Source of the DNA: a virus
Lineage: Duplodnaviria > Caudoviricetes
Strand: one strand, 5' to 3'
Virus record (IMG/VR): IMGVR_UViG_3300028591_000188
Coordinates: 1 to 64,000 of that record
DNA length: 64,000 bases
Shown here: piece after piece, positions 13,201 through 27,600 of the stretch
Numbering within the stretch: position 1 is the first letter of the stretch
Layout: every line of letters starts with the position of its first letter
Program-made: the position numbers and the translations under genes
Notes under the pieces: generated by a model
What the model was told of the DNA's origin: nothing
Database searches by the model: none
What the model saw: only the letters and a program-made list of their open reading frames with translations

Positions 13201-16200
13201 CCTTCCTTTAAATTATATAAGAGAAAGGGCTGTTTAGAATGGAGATTAGGATTTAGTTGATTATATAGATGTAAGAGATGATTATCTTAACATTCTCAGT
13301 AAAAACATTAAAAATTTCTCTGAAGAAGACTTGGTAGAAGTATTTGAATCTATAAACGATAATCTTAGAAGAAAAGAAAACGGGCAGTTTATAAATACTA
13401 CCAAGGATACAATGAGGGCTAGTACTGAAGGCTTTTTGCTGAAAAGACTATAGGATTTAAATGAAGAGAAAGATAATTCTAGTTCTCTTCCTTCAAAAAT
13501 AAAACTAGACTAGTAGATATAGATAATAGAGGCAGTATTAGATGCTAAAAAGAATTCTGAAAAAGCAGAAGAGGGTTTTAGTAAAAACGTTGATTCAGAA
13601 GAAGGAGAAGAAGAAATTGAAAATGAGGAAGAAGAAGAACCTGTTGAAGGATTTGTTTTAACTGATAAAAATAGAAATTTTGCTAAAAGGTCACGTGCTG
13701 ATGTAGAAGAAGAATTAAATGGTATTACTTCATTAGAATAGTTTGAGCAGGAAAAGAATAACTTTATTTTAGGCAATGGTATAGAAGACGAGTTTTATGA
13801 AGCATTAAATATAGTTGAAGATTCTTCACTTACTGAATCTTTAGACCCAAACGATTTAAAATGGGTTAAAGACCAAATTCTAAAACTGCATGAACAATTG
13901 GCAAGACAACTTAAAGAAGAAGAAAAAGAAAATAATAGAAAAGGAAGAGTAAGTAATAAAGAAGAAGATGAAGGTAAGCCTGAATTTGATTCACTTAATG
14001 ATGAAGATGACTCTTCTTCAGATGACTCTTCTTCAGAAGATGGAGGACTTGATGACTATGAAAATGAAGACAATGATAGTGATTCTAAAGAACCTTCAAC
14101 TTCAAACCTTGGATTTAGAAGTGGGGTTGTAGGAAAAACACCACAGACATCATAGTCCTCATAGACTGTCTAGGAATAGCCTAAGGAATCTCCAGTAATA
14201 ACTACTGCAACAAAGATAATCAACCCTTAGAAAGAGCATAGAACAATCACTAACTCTGAAGGCAGTAATGCAGAAATAAAAAATAGAGGGAATGAAGATG
14301 CTTGGGCAGTTGGAAGAAAAGGTACAAAATGGGATTGGGAAGAACTTAAAAACTCAAGAAGAAAAGCTGAATTAAGAGAAGATACTTGGGATGAATTTAT
14401 TTGGAAAGGAAAAGGCAGAGAGTTTGTTGAAAACGGCGATTTAAATAGACTTTAGGAATATTGGGCAGAACATCATAATGGTTCTAAATTACCAATACGG
14501 TTTGTAAAGGTAGAATATGGAGGAAGTTTTGAAGGAGAAGGAGCAGAAAAATTTAAAAAAATGTATGGTACTTACTCAAATACTTTATTTGCTGCTGTAG
14601 AAATCCCTAATGGTTTTAAACCTTCAATTAAAATAGAAACTGCGTAGGTTACACCAGAAACAGGAAGTGATATTAATGTATTAATACTTGGAGAAATAAC
14701 TTATTGTAGTGGAAATAAAGGTAATAATATAGACAATTGGAGAGCTTTAAATGCACAAATTAATAAGTCATTTAAAGAACTCAAAGAACGCAAAAGTAAA
14801 CTTCCAAAGCCTTATGAATTAAGAATGTATACTCCAGACATAACAACCAATCTTGAATATATATTCTCTGGAAGAATGGTAAAAGAGATTGATGCTGTTG
14901 ATAGAGAGAAAGCAGTAAGTTATGGAATTCATAATCTTGGCGATATTCTTACAGATGCAGAACAAAAACAACTAGACTAGGACTCAAAATATACTCCTTT
15001 TGAAATAGTTGTAAAAGCTGGTACATAGGAACTTGTTTTTGGTAATATAAAGGTTGAAAACCCAAAGATTAGAAACAAACAAAGTAGAATAGTACAACTG
15101 AATACATTTTCATCTGAACATAGAAGAGAAATGGGCAGTACTAAAGTAGGTAATGTTGGTACTGTATGGTTGAGAGTAATGGAAGCAGATGGAAATATCT
15201 ATTACAAAGGAGTTAAGATTAATAGATTTGATGAAAATACAGATGATAATTCTCCTGTTGCTAAAAAGATACGCCAAATTATCCATGATTTAGTAGAAAA
15301 TAAAGATACAACTAAAGAAGACTGGAAGATTTATCTTGGAAGATTATCAAGATTCCTTTATACTTCTGCTGCAAAAAGTAATAGAATGTTCCTACACTTA
15401 GAAGGAGAAAAGTTCTTCTAGATAGGTACTGATGAAGGTCCTGCAAGGAAAATAGCTATTCCTAATAAAGATGATGAAAACTATGAAGAATTAGCAGAAG
15501 AGGCAGAAAATGCTATATACCAAGCAATAAAGAATGAAGGATATAGATTTAATCTTGTTGCTGATAACTCAAGCACAAATGCTGTTGAAAATCTTTCATT
15601 ATAGGATATAGTTGCTTCAAATATGATTTCAACTGATTTGGCTAGAGTACATAATGTTGGAGCATCTTTCTTAATAAGTCAATATGTAACTGAGGAAGGA
15701 AAATTAGGCAAGGTTGTAGATTCTAAGATTGCAGAATAGTTAAGAACAAGAAAATTAATCCATACTGGAAGAAAGGATATTTACAATGCTGAAGTAATTA
15801 CTATGCCAATCCAATTAGATTATGGAGGCATGAAAGGTTACTACTTTAAAGGAATATTGGATGACGATAAAAAATATCATTTTTATTAGTTAGAAAATGA
15901 AAACGACCCTATAGGAAAAGGTAAAGAAGTGGAAGACATGTTAACAGTAAAGCTTCTTACTACTAAGCTTTAGCTTGACTATTTAATGAAGAATGAAAAA
16001 CTTACATTAGAAGATTTAGCTAGAGGTATAGGAGAGAAAATAGGAGGAATAAAATATACATTTACTTATAAAGGTAAAAAGTTAATATATACTCATATAT
16101 ATATTCCTATATCTGTTTCTAATAGAACAAGACCTGTATATATGGATGAAAATGGTAAAGTTATATATCCTGAAAGAAATAGAGATGAGTATAATGCAGT

Positions 16201-17452
16201 GGTTGCTTTAGGATAGAGAAATGAAGCTGGAAAGAAAGCAAATGAGTTCCTTAATAAAGCTGGAAGAAACGCTAATCTTGTATTAAATACTTTTGAAGAA
16301 GCAGAAGATAAAACAATAACAGTAACTGTTATTAATTCTGCAAAGAAAGAAAAAGCAAAAGAAGGTGCTCTTTCTTATCTTTATATTGGTCGTGATGATA
16401 TCCCACTTTCTCAAGAAGCTTTTAATTATTTAGATTCTGATACTTAGTTTAAGGTAAAGGAGTTAGTGTTTAAGCTTAATGCAAAAACAGGAGCTTATGA
16501 ATTATCAGCAGATGTTTATTTATCAGATGGTACTGAAACTAGAAAAGACAGCAAAGGTGAACCTATCATATTTAAAAAGGTGTAGCTTAAACTTAATGGT
16601 CCTTCTAACTTGGGTTTAGTAATTGATAAGAGAGAAAAATGGAATCCGAGCTTAATAGGAAATCCTATTTAGGAGGTAATATCTGCACCTATTGATGAAT
16701 TATCTAGAAAAGGTAAGAAAAAGGCAACTACCAAGAAAGGAAAAACTACTAGTTCTAATAATAATTCAGTATTAACTATTCCTACAACAGGTAGTTCTTA
16801 GGGAAAAGAAGTTAAAGGATAGTATTCAGTAATTTAGAATGAAGATAATTCTTTAACTGTTACTTATGAAGGTGACCCGAAGGCAAGAATTCGTATTAAT
16901 GGTAATTTGGTTCCAGATTTTGCTAATAAGCCTAAAGCTTTGGGTATAAATTAGATTACTGTATTACCTGATGGTGAAATACAAATACAATCAGATTTGT
17001 CTTCTAGTTTGAATCAACCTGAGTTGTAGAATTAGGATATCTTGAGGCAGATTATAAAGGAATAGCTTCCTGATTTAAGTGAGTATTTAGAACAGAACAC
17101 TAAATAGCCTACAGTATCAGTACAAGATATTGCTAAACAGATGGATAAAGATAAACCAGTTACTAAAAAACCATCATCAAATTTAAGAAGAAGACCTACA
17201 GTTAAATCTTCTACTACTAAAAAACAAGATAAAACAATGAGAACAAGAGAGCAACTGATAGAAAATTTATTTTAGAAATTAAAAGGAAGATATGATTCGT
17301 TTAGTTTACAAGATTCTCCTAAGAATGTTTCTTTAAAAGATGTTCTTAATTCTCTTTAGCTATCTACCTTGGAGCAATTAGAAAATGTTTCTGTAGAAGA
17401 TGCTGAAAAGATATTTACAGACAACAAATACTGTTGGACCCCATTCTACTAA
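10232..17452 (+). CDS. Giant virion cargo / RNAP-associated protein (2406 aa; TAG=Gln)
   Basis: ATG 10232 (MEENYLDITEFGPQGLRGL, YGDSRFDE) to TAA 17450-17452; fragments 11024, 11786, 13898, 15131 and 15986 are all frame 2; acidic low-complexity linker at ~13560-14100. Confidence 0.8.
14006..14035 (+). repeat. 15-bp tandem duplication (DDSSS x2)
   Basis: GATGACTCTTCTTCA twice in tandem within the acidic linker. Confidence 0.85.
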
Positions 17453-17471
17453 TTTAGGTTAAAATAAAAAA

Positions 17472-17505
17472 AAATAAAGGGAGCCTGTAAAGACTCCCTT
17501 TATTT
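17472..17505. terminator. Bidirectional intrinsic terminator between convergent operons
   Basis: AAATAAAGGGAG..CTCCCTTTATTT inverted repeat flanked by A and T runs, between stops at 17452 (+) and 17523 (-). Confidence 0.85.
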
Positions 17506-17522
17506 ATTTAATTAAGTTGTTA

Positions 17523-20500
17523 TTAAGCAGCATTCTTAATATAAGGATTAAACATCTATACATCTCCTTCAAATAATAAATCAATAGCTCTATCGACATT
17601 CCTTATGTAAGGAGTATTGAAATATAAAGTTTTTACATATCTGTTCCATCCAGCATATTTTCCAGATTTTATTGTTTCTCCCATATCAGAGAAATTAAGT
17701 AAATCCATAGCATTATTGATTACATTAAGACAAGGCACTGGAGTATTTATAAGAGTAGCTACATTCTCTGCAAATGCTATAGAAGGTACAGCAGAACCTA
17801 ATTCCAATCTTAATCTATAAAGATTATAAAGAAGCATATTAGTCAATCCAGGGTCATCTTTATCTGGACCATTTGCAAATCCCCATTTTAAAGTAGCCCA
17901 TATTGAGGTATATACCGCAATTTCTTCAGATGCTTTTTTAACCTCAGCTTTTTGTCTGTCTGAAAGTTCTCCCCATCTTGTAGCTACCTGGAATTTCCAA
18001 TGTATCAAATCCTCCATTAAATGAGTACTGAATTTTAAAAATGTCCTGTAAAATCCAGCTTCCATATCTCCTTCAATCACATTGTATCTTTCTTTTCTAT
18101 ATCTAGCCATATAGAATGCAGGCATCCACTGTCTATATTGCATTATAAGTCTTCCTAATGCAAATCTATGTATATCTCCTTTATCCACTTCACTAAAAGC
18201 ACCATGCATTCTGTTATTTACCTAATCTACTTTAAGCTTTATCTAGAACAAATCTTTGTCTTTAAATTCCGTCTGCTTATCTTCTTTGAAAATATTATCT
18301 GCAACTACAAGCTTCTTATAAACAACATCGCCTTGTTTTACATCCTAAACTTCCAAAGCATCATATAGTGATATCTGTTTAAAGCTTCCGTCTTCTTGTT
18401 TTTGGTATACCTTAGTATGATTCAATACTCCAAGTAAAGATATAGAATGTAAATAATGTTCACCTAAAGAGTTAAATAAAAGAGGATTCATCTTCTTAAT
18501 TCCTTTTTTAATTAATCCACTCACATAAGCTACATTATCTGCATCGTAGAAATAATCTCCTTCAGGGTCAAATCTTTGTAATATTAGTCCTAATTTTGTA
18601 GTTTTGACATCTTCATATGTTTCAAGAATTGTAGGACCAATCTAAGCCATATATTGCTCATGGGCTTTAAGAATTTCCTTTAAAGTAAAAGACTGGCCTC
18701 CACAACATTCAAGTAATGTCTAAGCAACTCCCATACTGACATTAGTCATACCACTAAACAAGTTTACACCTAATCCTATCTATTGGCTATAACCTTTTGT
18801 TAAGTCCATTCCTTTTCCATAGTATACATTCACTGTCTTATCATTTAATTTGAAACTGAAGTGTTCATCTTGTTTTCTATCTGCATACAAAGATTTATCT
18901 ATATAATTTCTTAGTTTCTTATACATATTAGTTTCAGAACCTTTCATTTCCAAATCTTCCTTAAATGAATCTTTTTCAGTTTTATTTGTTTTCATTGTGA
19001 ATCTACTGAAAAGTTTCTATCCAGTATCAGAAGTTTGTCTTATAGGTCTATCAGCATAAAAAGAAGCAAGTACTTCCATTTCATCTGAAATACTATTCAT
19101 TGAATCATAGTTTAATGCCATTGCACAATACTGCAACATTGTTTCTGTTGCATTAGTATCTAATTGATTCATTTCATCTCCTAACCATGCTGTATAATAA
19201 ACAGGAACAGTTTTTACTATATTTCCCTGGAAGTCTTTCAACACATATTGTTCCTTTTCATCAAGACCTGTGGAATTTACTCCATCTTCATCAGTAGCAA
19301 TCTGTCCATCATCTGGATTTCCAATAACTTTTATTGTAGAAAGTTTCTACTATTGGTCTGACTAGTCGGCATCAATACTAAAGATATTTAATTTATCTTT
19401 CAACGCTTTAGCTGCTGCCCTTCCTCTTCCTTGCAAAAGTGCTTCCTAAGAATCTACCTTTTTCTAAGGTGCTCTGTATAAAGAACCTACGGCACTAACA
19501 TTTCTTTTTGGTAGAAGAATATCCATTTGCTTCTTTATTTCTATAAGTTCATTATAGCACTTTTTCTAAGCTTCAGACATATTTTCCAAATCATTGGAAT
19601 AATACTTTTCTTCTATTGGTATTCTTATTGTTCTTTCTATATTTCCTACAGTATAGGTATATTGTTCTGTATTTTCTCTAACCCAATTATCAGTGTCTTT
19701 TTTCATTTGAGTATAATATTTTTCTGGGTCAGACTCTTTAATGCTTTTATATTTTTCTCTAAGTTCAGCCTCATAATCTCTCTTGTCTTTAAAGAATTTT
19801 GTGTAGTCTCTGTCACTTTTGAACATACCAGTAGGCTTTCCGTCTTTAAACACATACATCCATCTCATGTCTCTGCTGCCAGTAGCTTTTGTATATTCTT
19901 CCTATATCTTTCCAATTTTTTGCTACATAGCGAACACCTTATTGTTTCTTTGGTATAAAGTGTCCTTCATTATTATGTCTGTAAGCTGAAGTAATGGGTC
20001 AGGCATATCAGCAAGACTATTTACTAGTCTTGAAAAACCATTTATATCTCCTGTAAATGACTCTAATATAGATTGAAGTTCGATTCTTACCTCTTTTCCA
20101 TCGTTGGTTTTTACTGTCCTGTCTCCACTCCAATATTTCTACACAAGCTAAAGAACACAGCTTAATCTCATTTCCTTGTAGGTTTTGTTAAGTCTGTTTA
20201 GAAGCCTGTCAACATCAGTAGCTAGATTTATTATTTCATTCATCTAATCTTCTGTAAGTAAATCTTCAGAACCTTCTTGTGCATCCATTATTTTCATCTG
20301 ACTTACTACATCTTTATAAGCAGCAATAATAGTTTCAATATCTCTTAGACTCTTAAAGGCTTTCTTAAGATTATCAAGAGAAAGTTCTTTCTTATTGTCA
20401 AATACTTGTTTAAGTTTCAGAAGTTTTTCAGATGTTTTCTTACAATCTAACTAAGCATAATTAAGGAAGTTAGTACAACTCAAAGCATACTTATCTTGAT

Positions 20501-21695
20501 TTATGGCTTTATTTAACTTTTCAAAATAAGTTCTATCCTCCTTTGAGAGTTTTCCGCCTTTTGATTTTACCTGTTTTAGTCTTATTCTTTTTGAAAGTAC
20601 TTGATATCCTTGATATACAACATCCTAAAACTATGATATACCTTTTTCTATTTTATAGAAATCTTTGGCCTTTAGAATGTTGTCTACATCAAATAATTCT
20701 ATATTTAATCTATCTTGATAAAAATCACTTACTATGCTACTTACTTCATCCTGGAGTTCTTTTAGCATTAAATCTACATCGTCTGCTTCTCCATATGAAA
20801 AATTGTTCAAGATAACATTTAAAGTTCTTTCAGATACATATCTAATAGAGTCATCTATTCCCTCTCTATTCACTAGGTTTTGAGCAATTATTTTACCAAT
20901 AGCCTCTTTAACTAGCATCTCATCATCTCCTTTATATAGTCTATTATACTTTTCATACTCTTCACCTAAGATGACCTAAGCTAAATCGTTCTCTTCAACA
21001 ACATTCATAAGCCTCTACATTAAAGGATGGTTCTGGAAGCCTTCGACAATAAAATGACTGAATTCCTCAGGTAAAGCTCTCTATCCTATTTTTCCCTATG
21101 AAAGTAATATGGCAGTTTTTAATCCGTCTGCATTTTGTCTTGCCTATCTTGGAGAAAATAAACCTTCGTATCCTAAATCTCTTCTTTCTTCAATATCAAA
21201 GCCTAAAGAGTTCATATAGTCAGCAATCTTAGTATTCAAAGAATGAAGAGCAGTATCTTCCGCATATTTCTTAATAGAATCTTCTGTTCTTTCTACCATC
21301 CTTATTTTATAATTACCGTCTTCATAGTATACTTGAGGCACTAATTTATCGTATTTATAAATTAACCCATCAGTATAATCCATAGCTTCTGAATAAGTAT
21401 CAAACAGGTCTTCATCTAATCCTTCTTTTATGGTAATATAATTACCCATATTTTCTTCTGTAAATAATGAAGAGGCTTTTTCTCCTAAAGCTTTTATTAA
21501 CTAGGAAGCTGTAATATTATTACTTTGTTTTAACCCAATGGATTGCATAAACATACTATCCTAGGCTAATCCCCATAAGGTTTTAGTAAGTTCCCTGTTT
21601 TTTGTTATTTCCTATAATTCCTTAAATAATGTACTTTGTTCTTCAGAACCAATGTCTGAAGGTATCCATGTACAAATTCCACTTCTTTTACTCAT
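17523..21695 (-). CDS. Large virion RNAP-associated/cargo protein (1390 aa; TAG=Gln) with degenerate zincin-like motif
   Basis: ATG 21695 (MSKRSGICTWIPS..STLFKEL) to TAA 17523; fragments ending 21449, 20918, 19868, 19244 and 18209 share the frame. Motifs LPEEFSHF..EAIGK, VPVYYT, MQYRQWMPA and a C-terminal MFNPY. Confidence 0.8.
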
Positions 21696-21696
21696 A

Positions 21697-24600
21697 TCAA
21701 CAGATATTTAATTTCTATAATAAATCCTATACTTTCTGATGTAAATCTTTTCTTTGGTCACTACTTGTATATGCAGGTTTATCCTTTATAATTTCATCTA
21801 TTTTAGAAAGGCAACCTTTTACGGTGTTTAATGTTTCTTTATTTATATTTCTTGTTTTTCTTAAGTCACTAAATACTCTTTTCAGTTTTCTGTCTTTTTC
21901 ATTTTGATATTCATCTTCAAGTGCTTTTAAAAGAGTGTCATCCCAATCATCACCATATAAGTCATAATTGACACTATTCATTAATTCCTCTTCATCAACT
22001 TCTTCAGTATCATCACTCGAAGACTCTTCATCTTCTAATTCATTATTGTCATAATTAAGATTTTCTATAGCCTATAACTGCTGATCAGTTAATTCATGAT
22101 CTTTTGCTGACTACATAAAAGCTGCATTCTCCTCAGCATTATATTCAAGGAAGTTATTAGCTATTCCTAATTCATTAGCTTTTATATATACAACATCGTC
22201 TCCTGTTTTTTCGTAGAAAATATATGGAGAGCCATTGTATAATATACCGAAATATTGTTTGAAGTTACTCTCATATACACTACTTGAAATCTCAATTGCT
22301 TTTACTTTTGTGCCTTTTGGATAAGTTGCAAGCTGTATATCTTTTTCTTTTATTCCACTATCTTCAACGTCTTCGTTTTTATTTTTCTTATCCTTCTTAT
22401 TTACCTTTACCCAGAAAGACCTTTCTTTTATGTTGTTTAAAGCAAATTGTGCAATGAAGTTATCTACTGTTTCCTCAAGCCATACATCTTTCTAAGTGAA
22501 TAAGTCTGAATATCCAAATATATCCATCTTTGCTCTATTTGGAGTTACACTCATAGCAGACCTTGGCATCCAAGAAAAACCAAATCTTGAAATCATATAT
22601 TCTATAAGTTTGGAGGAGAATGTTTTTCCTTCATTTGATGTTAATATAGATTCCCAGTCAGCAGCCATATCATCCCTATTTTCTCTACTTAATCCCTCAG
22701 AAAGTCTTACTGCCTGTATACGATTCTTTCTATTCATTGCATCTACATACATTCCCTAAGTTACGATATTATCTTTTAGCTATCCTTGTTTTGCTCTTAA
22801 GAACTATACTGGGAAGCCATAAAGTCTCTATATTCTTGATTGTAAATCAGCTTCCATTATAGGATATTCATATCCTTCCCTAGTTCTAGTCATTTCAAAT
22901 ACACAGAAAGCATTGTATAATTTTTTAATGAAGTCAGCATTTAAACGAATATTCTTTTCACTTAGCTTATCTAATACTTTTCTAAAATTAATTTGATATA
23001 ATGGTGAGAATCTACAAGCCTATTCACATAATCCAGGATTTCCATCAACTTCTGTATATACATTAGCAAGAGTCTTTAGGAAAGGAACTTGTTTTGCAAG
23101 CTAAAGAATATCTGTATCAAATAAAGAATCCTCTGTTTCCTACAAGAACTGTTTTATCTTATATTCCATTTCTATTGTATCATATACTGTAGGACCAACA
23201 GCATTCTTTGTTGAGTTAAGTGAAGTAAGACTATTTATATCAGAAATTGCTTTACAATAATCAGATATATTCAATAGGAATGTAAGTACAGCCAAATCTA
23301 AATCATCATCTGTAGTTCTTCCTTTTATTACATCTAACATATCTGATTCTCTAATAGTACTTTCTTGAAGTATTCTGCTAGCTTTTTCAGAGTCTGTATT
23401 TTCTGTGATTTCATTATAAATCAAACCTAAGGCTCTTTCAAATCTTATTCCATACACTTGTGACATCTTCATTGCTCTCTGTGCAGAAGGCATAGATAAC
23501 ATATAAGCAATTGTTCTTGGAGAAAAACCTATTCTCATCATACCCATTGCTATTGTACCAGTAGTAGGATTAATGTTGATTGAACCTAAAACTGCCTCTT
23601 TAGCATTATCAGCAGATGCTCCCACAAACATACCAATTGTTCTTGAAAGTCTTTCTCCGTCAACAGGTGAATATTCTGGGTCAATTCTTACTTTTCCTTT
23701 ACTATTTTCATTTATGGTTGTTTTATCTATAAACGTTTCATTAGTAATTTTGTTTCCGTTTGAATCTTCTATAGTAAAGTCAAAATCAAATCCTCTGTTA
23801 TCTCCACCAGGTTCTCTAAAATGAATATTAGCAAAAGCTGTAACTGAGTGAGACACATTGTTAAGAGCAGCAATACCCACAAACTCCTTACCAGCCGCAT
23901 TAGCTTTATGTAGTTTTACTTGTGTCTGTACATACATAAGACTTTCATTACCTTCTTTATAATGGTCATCCAGTTCTTTAGCTATATCAACCAAAGGTCC
24001 GAAACTTCCAGGGTGCAACTGTTTCTCAATACAAGACGGGTCTCCAAGAGCTTCCCACATCATATCAAATATTTCATTCTTAATTGTCATTCTATCAGCT
24101 CTTGCATTTTCTTGCTTCTTCCTTAGTTTCATAGCAGCATCAGTAGAATACCTGAACATACAATACATTTTATCAATATCATAGTCAGTACCACTAAGTA
24201 AAGTAATTTCCTTAGGCATTATAATCTATTCTCCTGCTTCTCTAGGTAAGAATCCCTTAATCTTCATTCTATATGAAGAATATTTATCCTCAGTAGGAAT
24301 TCTATATCCGATCATTTCCAAATCTTTATCAGTTAAAATGCCAAGAGCTTTAATATCTTCAATATCAAGAATTTCTCCTTCTGCATATTTTCTTGATAAT
24401 TTCTTTCTTCCCATCTTTCCATGATTATACATTATTGCTCTTTGAATTTCTCTTGTAGGAGCAGTAATATATACTTCCATAGTCATACCACTTACTATTT
24501 TATCTCCTTTTACTAAGGTACCAACATCTATTATCTTTCCTTCATTATTTATGAGATGTAACTCTTCAGACATTCCATAAGGAGCGACTTGAACAACAGG

Positions 24601-27600
24601 ACCTCCAGGTAATACCTCATTATTAACTCTTTTCTTTATTAAAGAGAATATTACACTAAAAGCTTTGTCAGAAACTGATGGGTCTCCGATTGAATATGCA
24701 AATCTCTTTATTGGAAGTCCTTCTTTCTAGTCTTCTACTAAAGTAAAAGCTTTATATAGCTCATAGCTATATTTTGTATCTCTTGCTATTGCATCCTATA
24801 CAAGTTGTGCAAGCTTTTCATCAGAAGAAATCCACCTTTGTTTTCCTGTTGCTTTATCAGTGACTTTTTCATCCTCATAGTCACCGAGACCCAATTGCTA
24901 TTTAACATCTTCAATTCCTCTTCTAAAGTCCTCATTAAGAAGCTCAAAGTAATGTTTCAAGAATATCTATTTATCAGATAATCCTTTATAACTACCCCAT
25001 TTTCTCATTCCCTACATACTCCTTGGAAGTTGGAAGTTTTCAGGAAGGTCTGACACTGAAAGTATTCTTACTTGAGAACCAATTCCAGACTCATTGTCCT
25101 GCATGTGTGCTGGGTTATTCTATTGTTTACCCCAATCCCTGAAATCAAATTCTTGTACATATACAGGATTATATTTGCCATTATTATCAAGAACTTTGTT
25201 AAATACTTCGGTTCTTATCTACTCATTATCTTTACCATTTAAATCCAATACTCCAGAAGCCCCATTCTTTACTGCGGACTTAAATACTATGGTATCTATA
25301 CCTTTTCCAGTATATTTATCCATAGTGCAATGGCTAATATCAAAATTACCATCAATATATTCCTATGTAAGACCATAAGCCGAAGCTTCCATAAGATTGA
25401 AAAGTTCTACAATAGGATTGTTCTCAATGATACCTGCCTTTTCTGCTCCAATCATAATAGCTCCTGCTAACATAATCATAGCTTCACTATCCTTAATTTG
25501 CATAGGAACAAGTTGTTTTCCAAAATCCTTAGTTCCTGCTTTTTCTATTTGTGTGAACACAAAAGGTTTAAATTCTTGTATTACAACATCAATATTATCT
25601 GAAGTAACATTTCCTGCTTTTATATCCTATAAGGCATTATCAAATCCTATAGGACATTCTCCTAACATATGCATTTTCTTCCAGAATGCTGTAGGAGAAC
25701 TGAATCCCTAACCATCAGTTACTTCTATACCACCCTCAATCATACTAGGAATAGAAATACTATAAGTATGATACATATTGGCTTTCTTACCATCGCCAGC
25801 ATCTCTTGCTTGCTATTCCAATACTTTGAATACTTTATTTACTTCTTTAGCTAGTCCCTTATTATAGTCCTTTTGGTCTTCTATTATAATAGCTCTAAAT
25901 ATTCCATCAGAATATAATCCTTTAGAATTATTAAGCATTCCTTCTCTCATTTTTGCCTTAATATCTGCCTTTGTTGTAGTAGCATGATATTCTGCACTTC
26001 TCTTCTAAAGGTCAATAGTATCTTTCTTATATGCTATATCTCCCATAAGAAGATTATATAGATTCATAGTCATTAAGGAATCATTATAGAAAAATTCCTA
26101 TAATAACCTATCATCATTACTAGTTATGGCTTTTATTGATTTTTGAATAGTTTTAAGTAATTTAGATTCTTCTACTCCTAAATCTTCTGAAAGTTGGGCT
26201 TTAAAGTCTCTATATTGTTCATCCATTCCCTCAATGTATAAATTTCTAAACTATTCATAAATATTATTCTTCTCAAAGTTTGAGAGAGAATTTAAGTCTT
26301 TTGAATTATATAGTAAAGAAATTATTGTTTTTCCAAAAGAAGTATTCTATTCCAGCTCCTAATTAAACATTGGAAGGAATCTAAAAGACAATCCACTTTT
26401 CTTAATAAAACCATAAAGCTATTTAGTATTCGGGTCTACTAAATCTGAAATCTATATTTTTTCTCCTTTTTTTACTTTCGCTAATATTGATTTTGCTTTA
26501 CCTCTATCTAAGTTAAAAGCAGCTATATCAGTAGCAGAAGGATTCTTTAATTGGTCAAGAACAGCCTTCATTCTTTCTATTTCATATGCAAAATACATAT
26601 AAGCTTTATCTGCTATAGCTTCTTTAAACTACTATAAAGCTTTTTCTTTATTTCCAGATTCTGCTACTCTTGCAGGTTTAAACCATTGTATAAATTCACT
26701 TGCTGGTTTATCAGACATTGTTCCTACTCTAAACAGAGCTATATCCTATCCAAGATTTTTGTTATCCTCATAATAAAAAGTAGCGTTTTCTCCTGTTATC
26801 ATAGGTGCAAAATAAGCAGTAAGTATAGAATACCATACATCAGCTTGGGATTGCTTAAAGAATTGTTTTGAATCCATAGCTGTAAGAGTATAATGTTTAA
26901 GATACTTTCTCTTTTCAAAGAAAGATTCTCCTGCCTCTTGGGATTCAAGATTCTCTTTCCAATCGTTATATATTTCCTAAAGCACAGAATTCGTGAAAAT
27001 CATTTCTCCATTCTTATTCTTTCCTACATAATAAGTACGGTATTTTGTATATATTGAATCCTCACTAAAGAGACTTTCGTTTGTATATAAAGGATTTTCA
27101 CCTGAAAGCTTAGCTATCATTCTTTCTATATGGCTTATTTGGGTATAAGTCATATAAGATTTTCCTCCAGAGTAAGAAGACAATTCATATCTATCTGCCA
27201 TACCTTTAGCTACTATTCTTGCAATAGCAGAGTATTCTTTTGCTATTGCTTCATATGTAACATTGTTTGAATGGTCATTTAATGCTCCCATAAGACCTAC
27301 AAACAATCCATCACTATCAAAGCTGCCCCATAATAACTTTTCAGTATGACTATCTATCAAGTTTTCTGGATACTCAATTCCTGAAACATCAAATCCAAAT
27401 AAGGCAAGTGCTGCCTTTAAATTATTCACTTTTACATCATAAGTGTCAGCATTATTATAAGTGTCTTTAAGTTTTTGATACTCCTTGCTAGCCTTATCGT
27501 GGTTATATACAAAACGGTATTTACCATCTTTTCCTTCTCTTGTGATTGCTTCAGAGATGTCTTGTTCTCCCAGGAATCTTTCATTAATTCCAGCTCTTAA

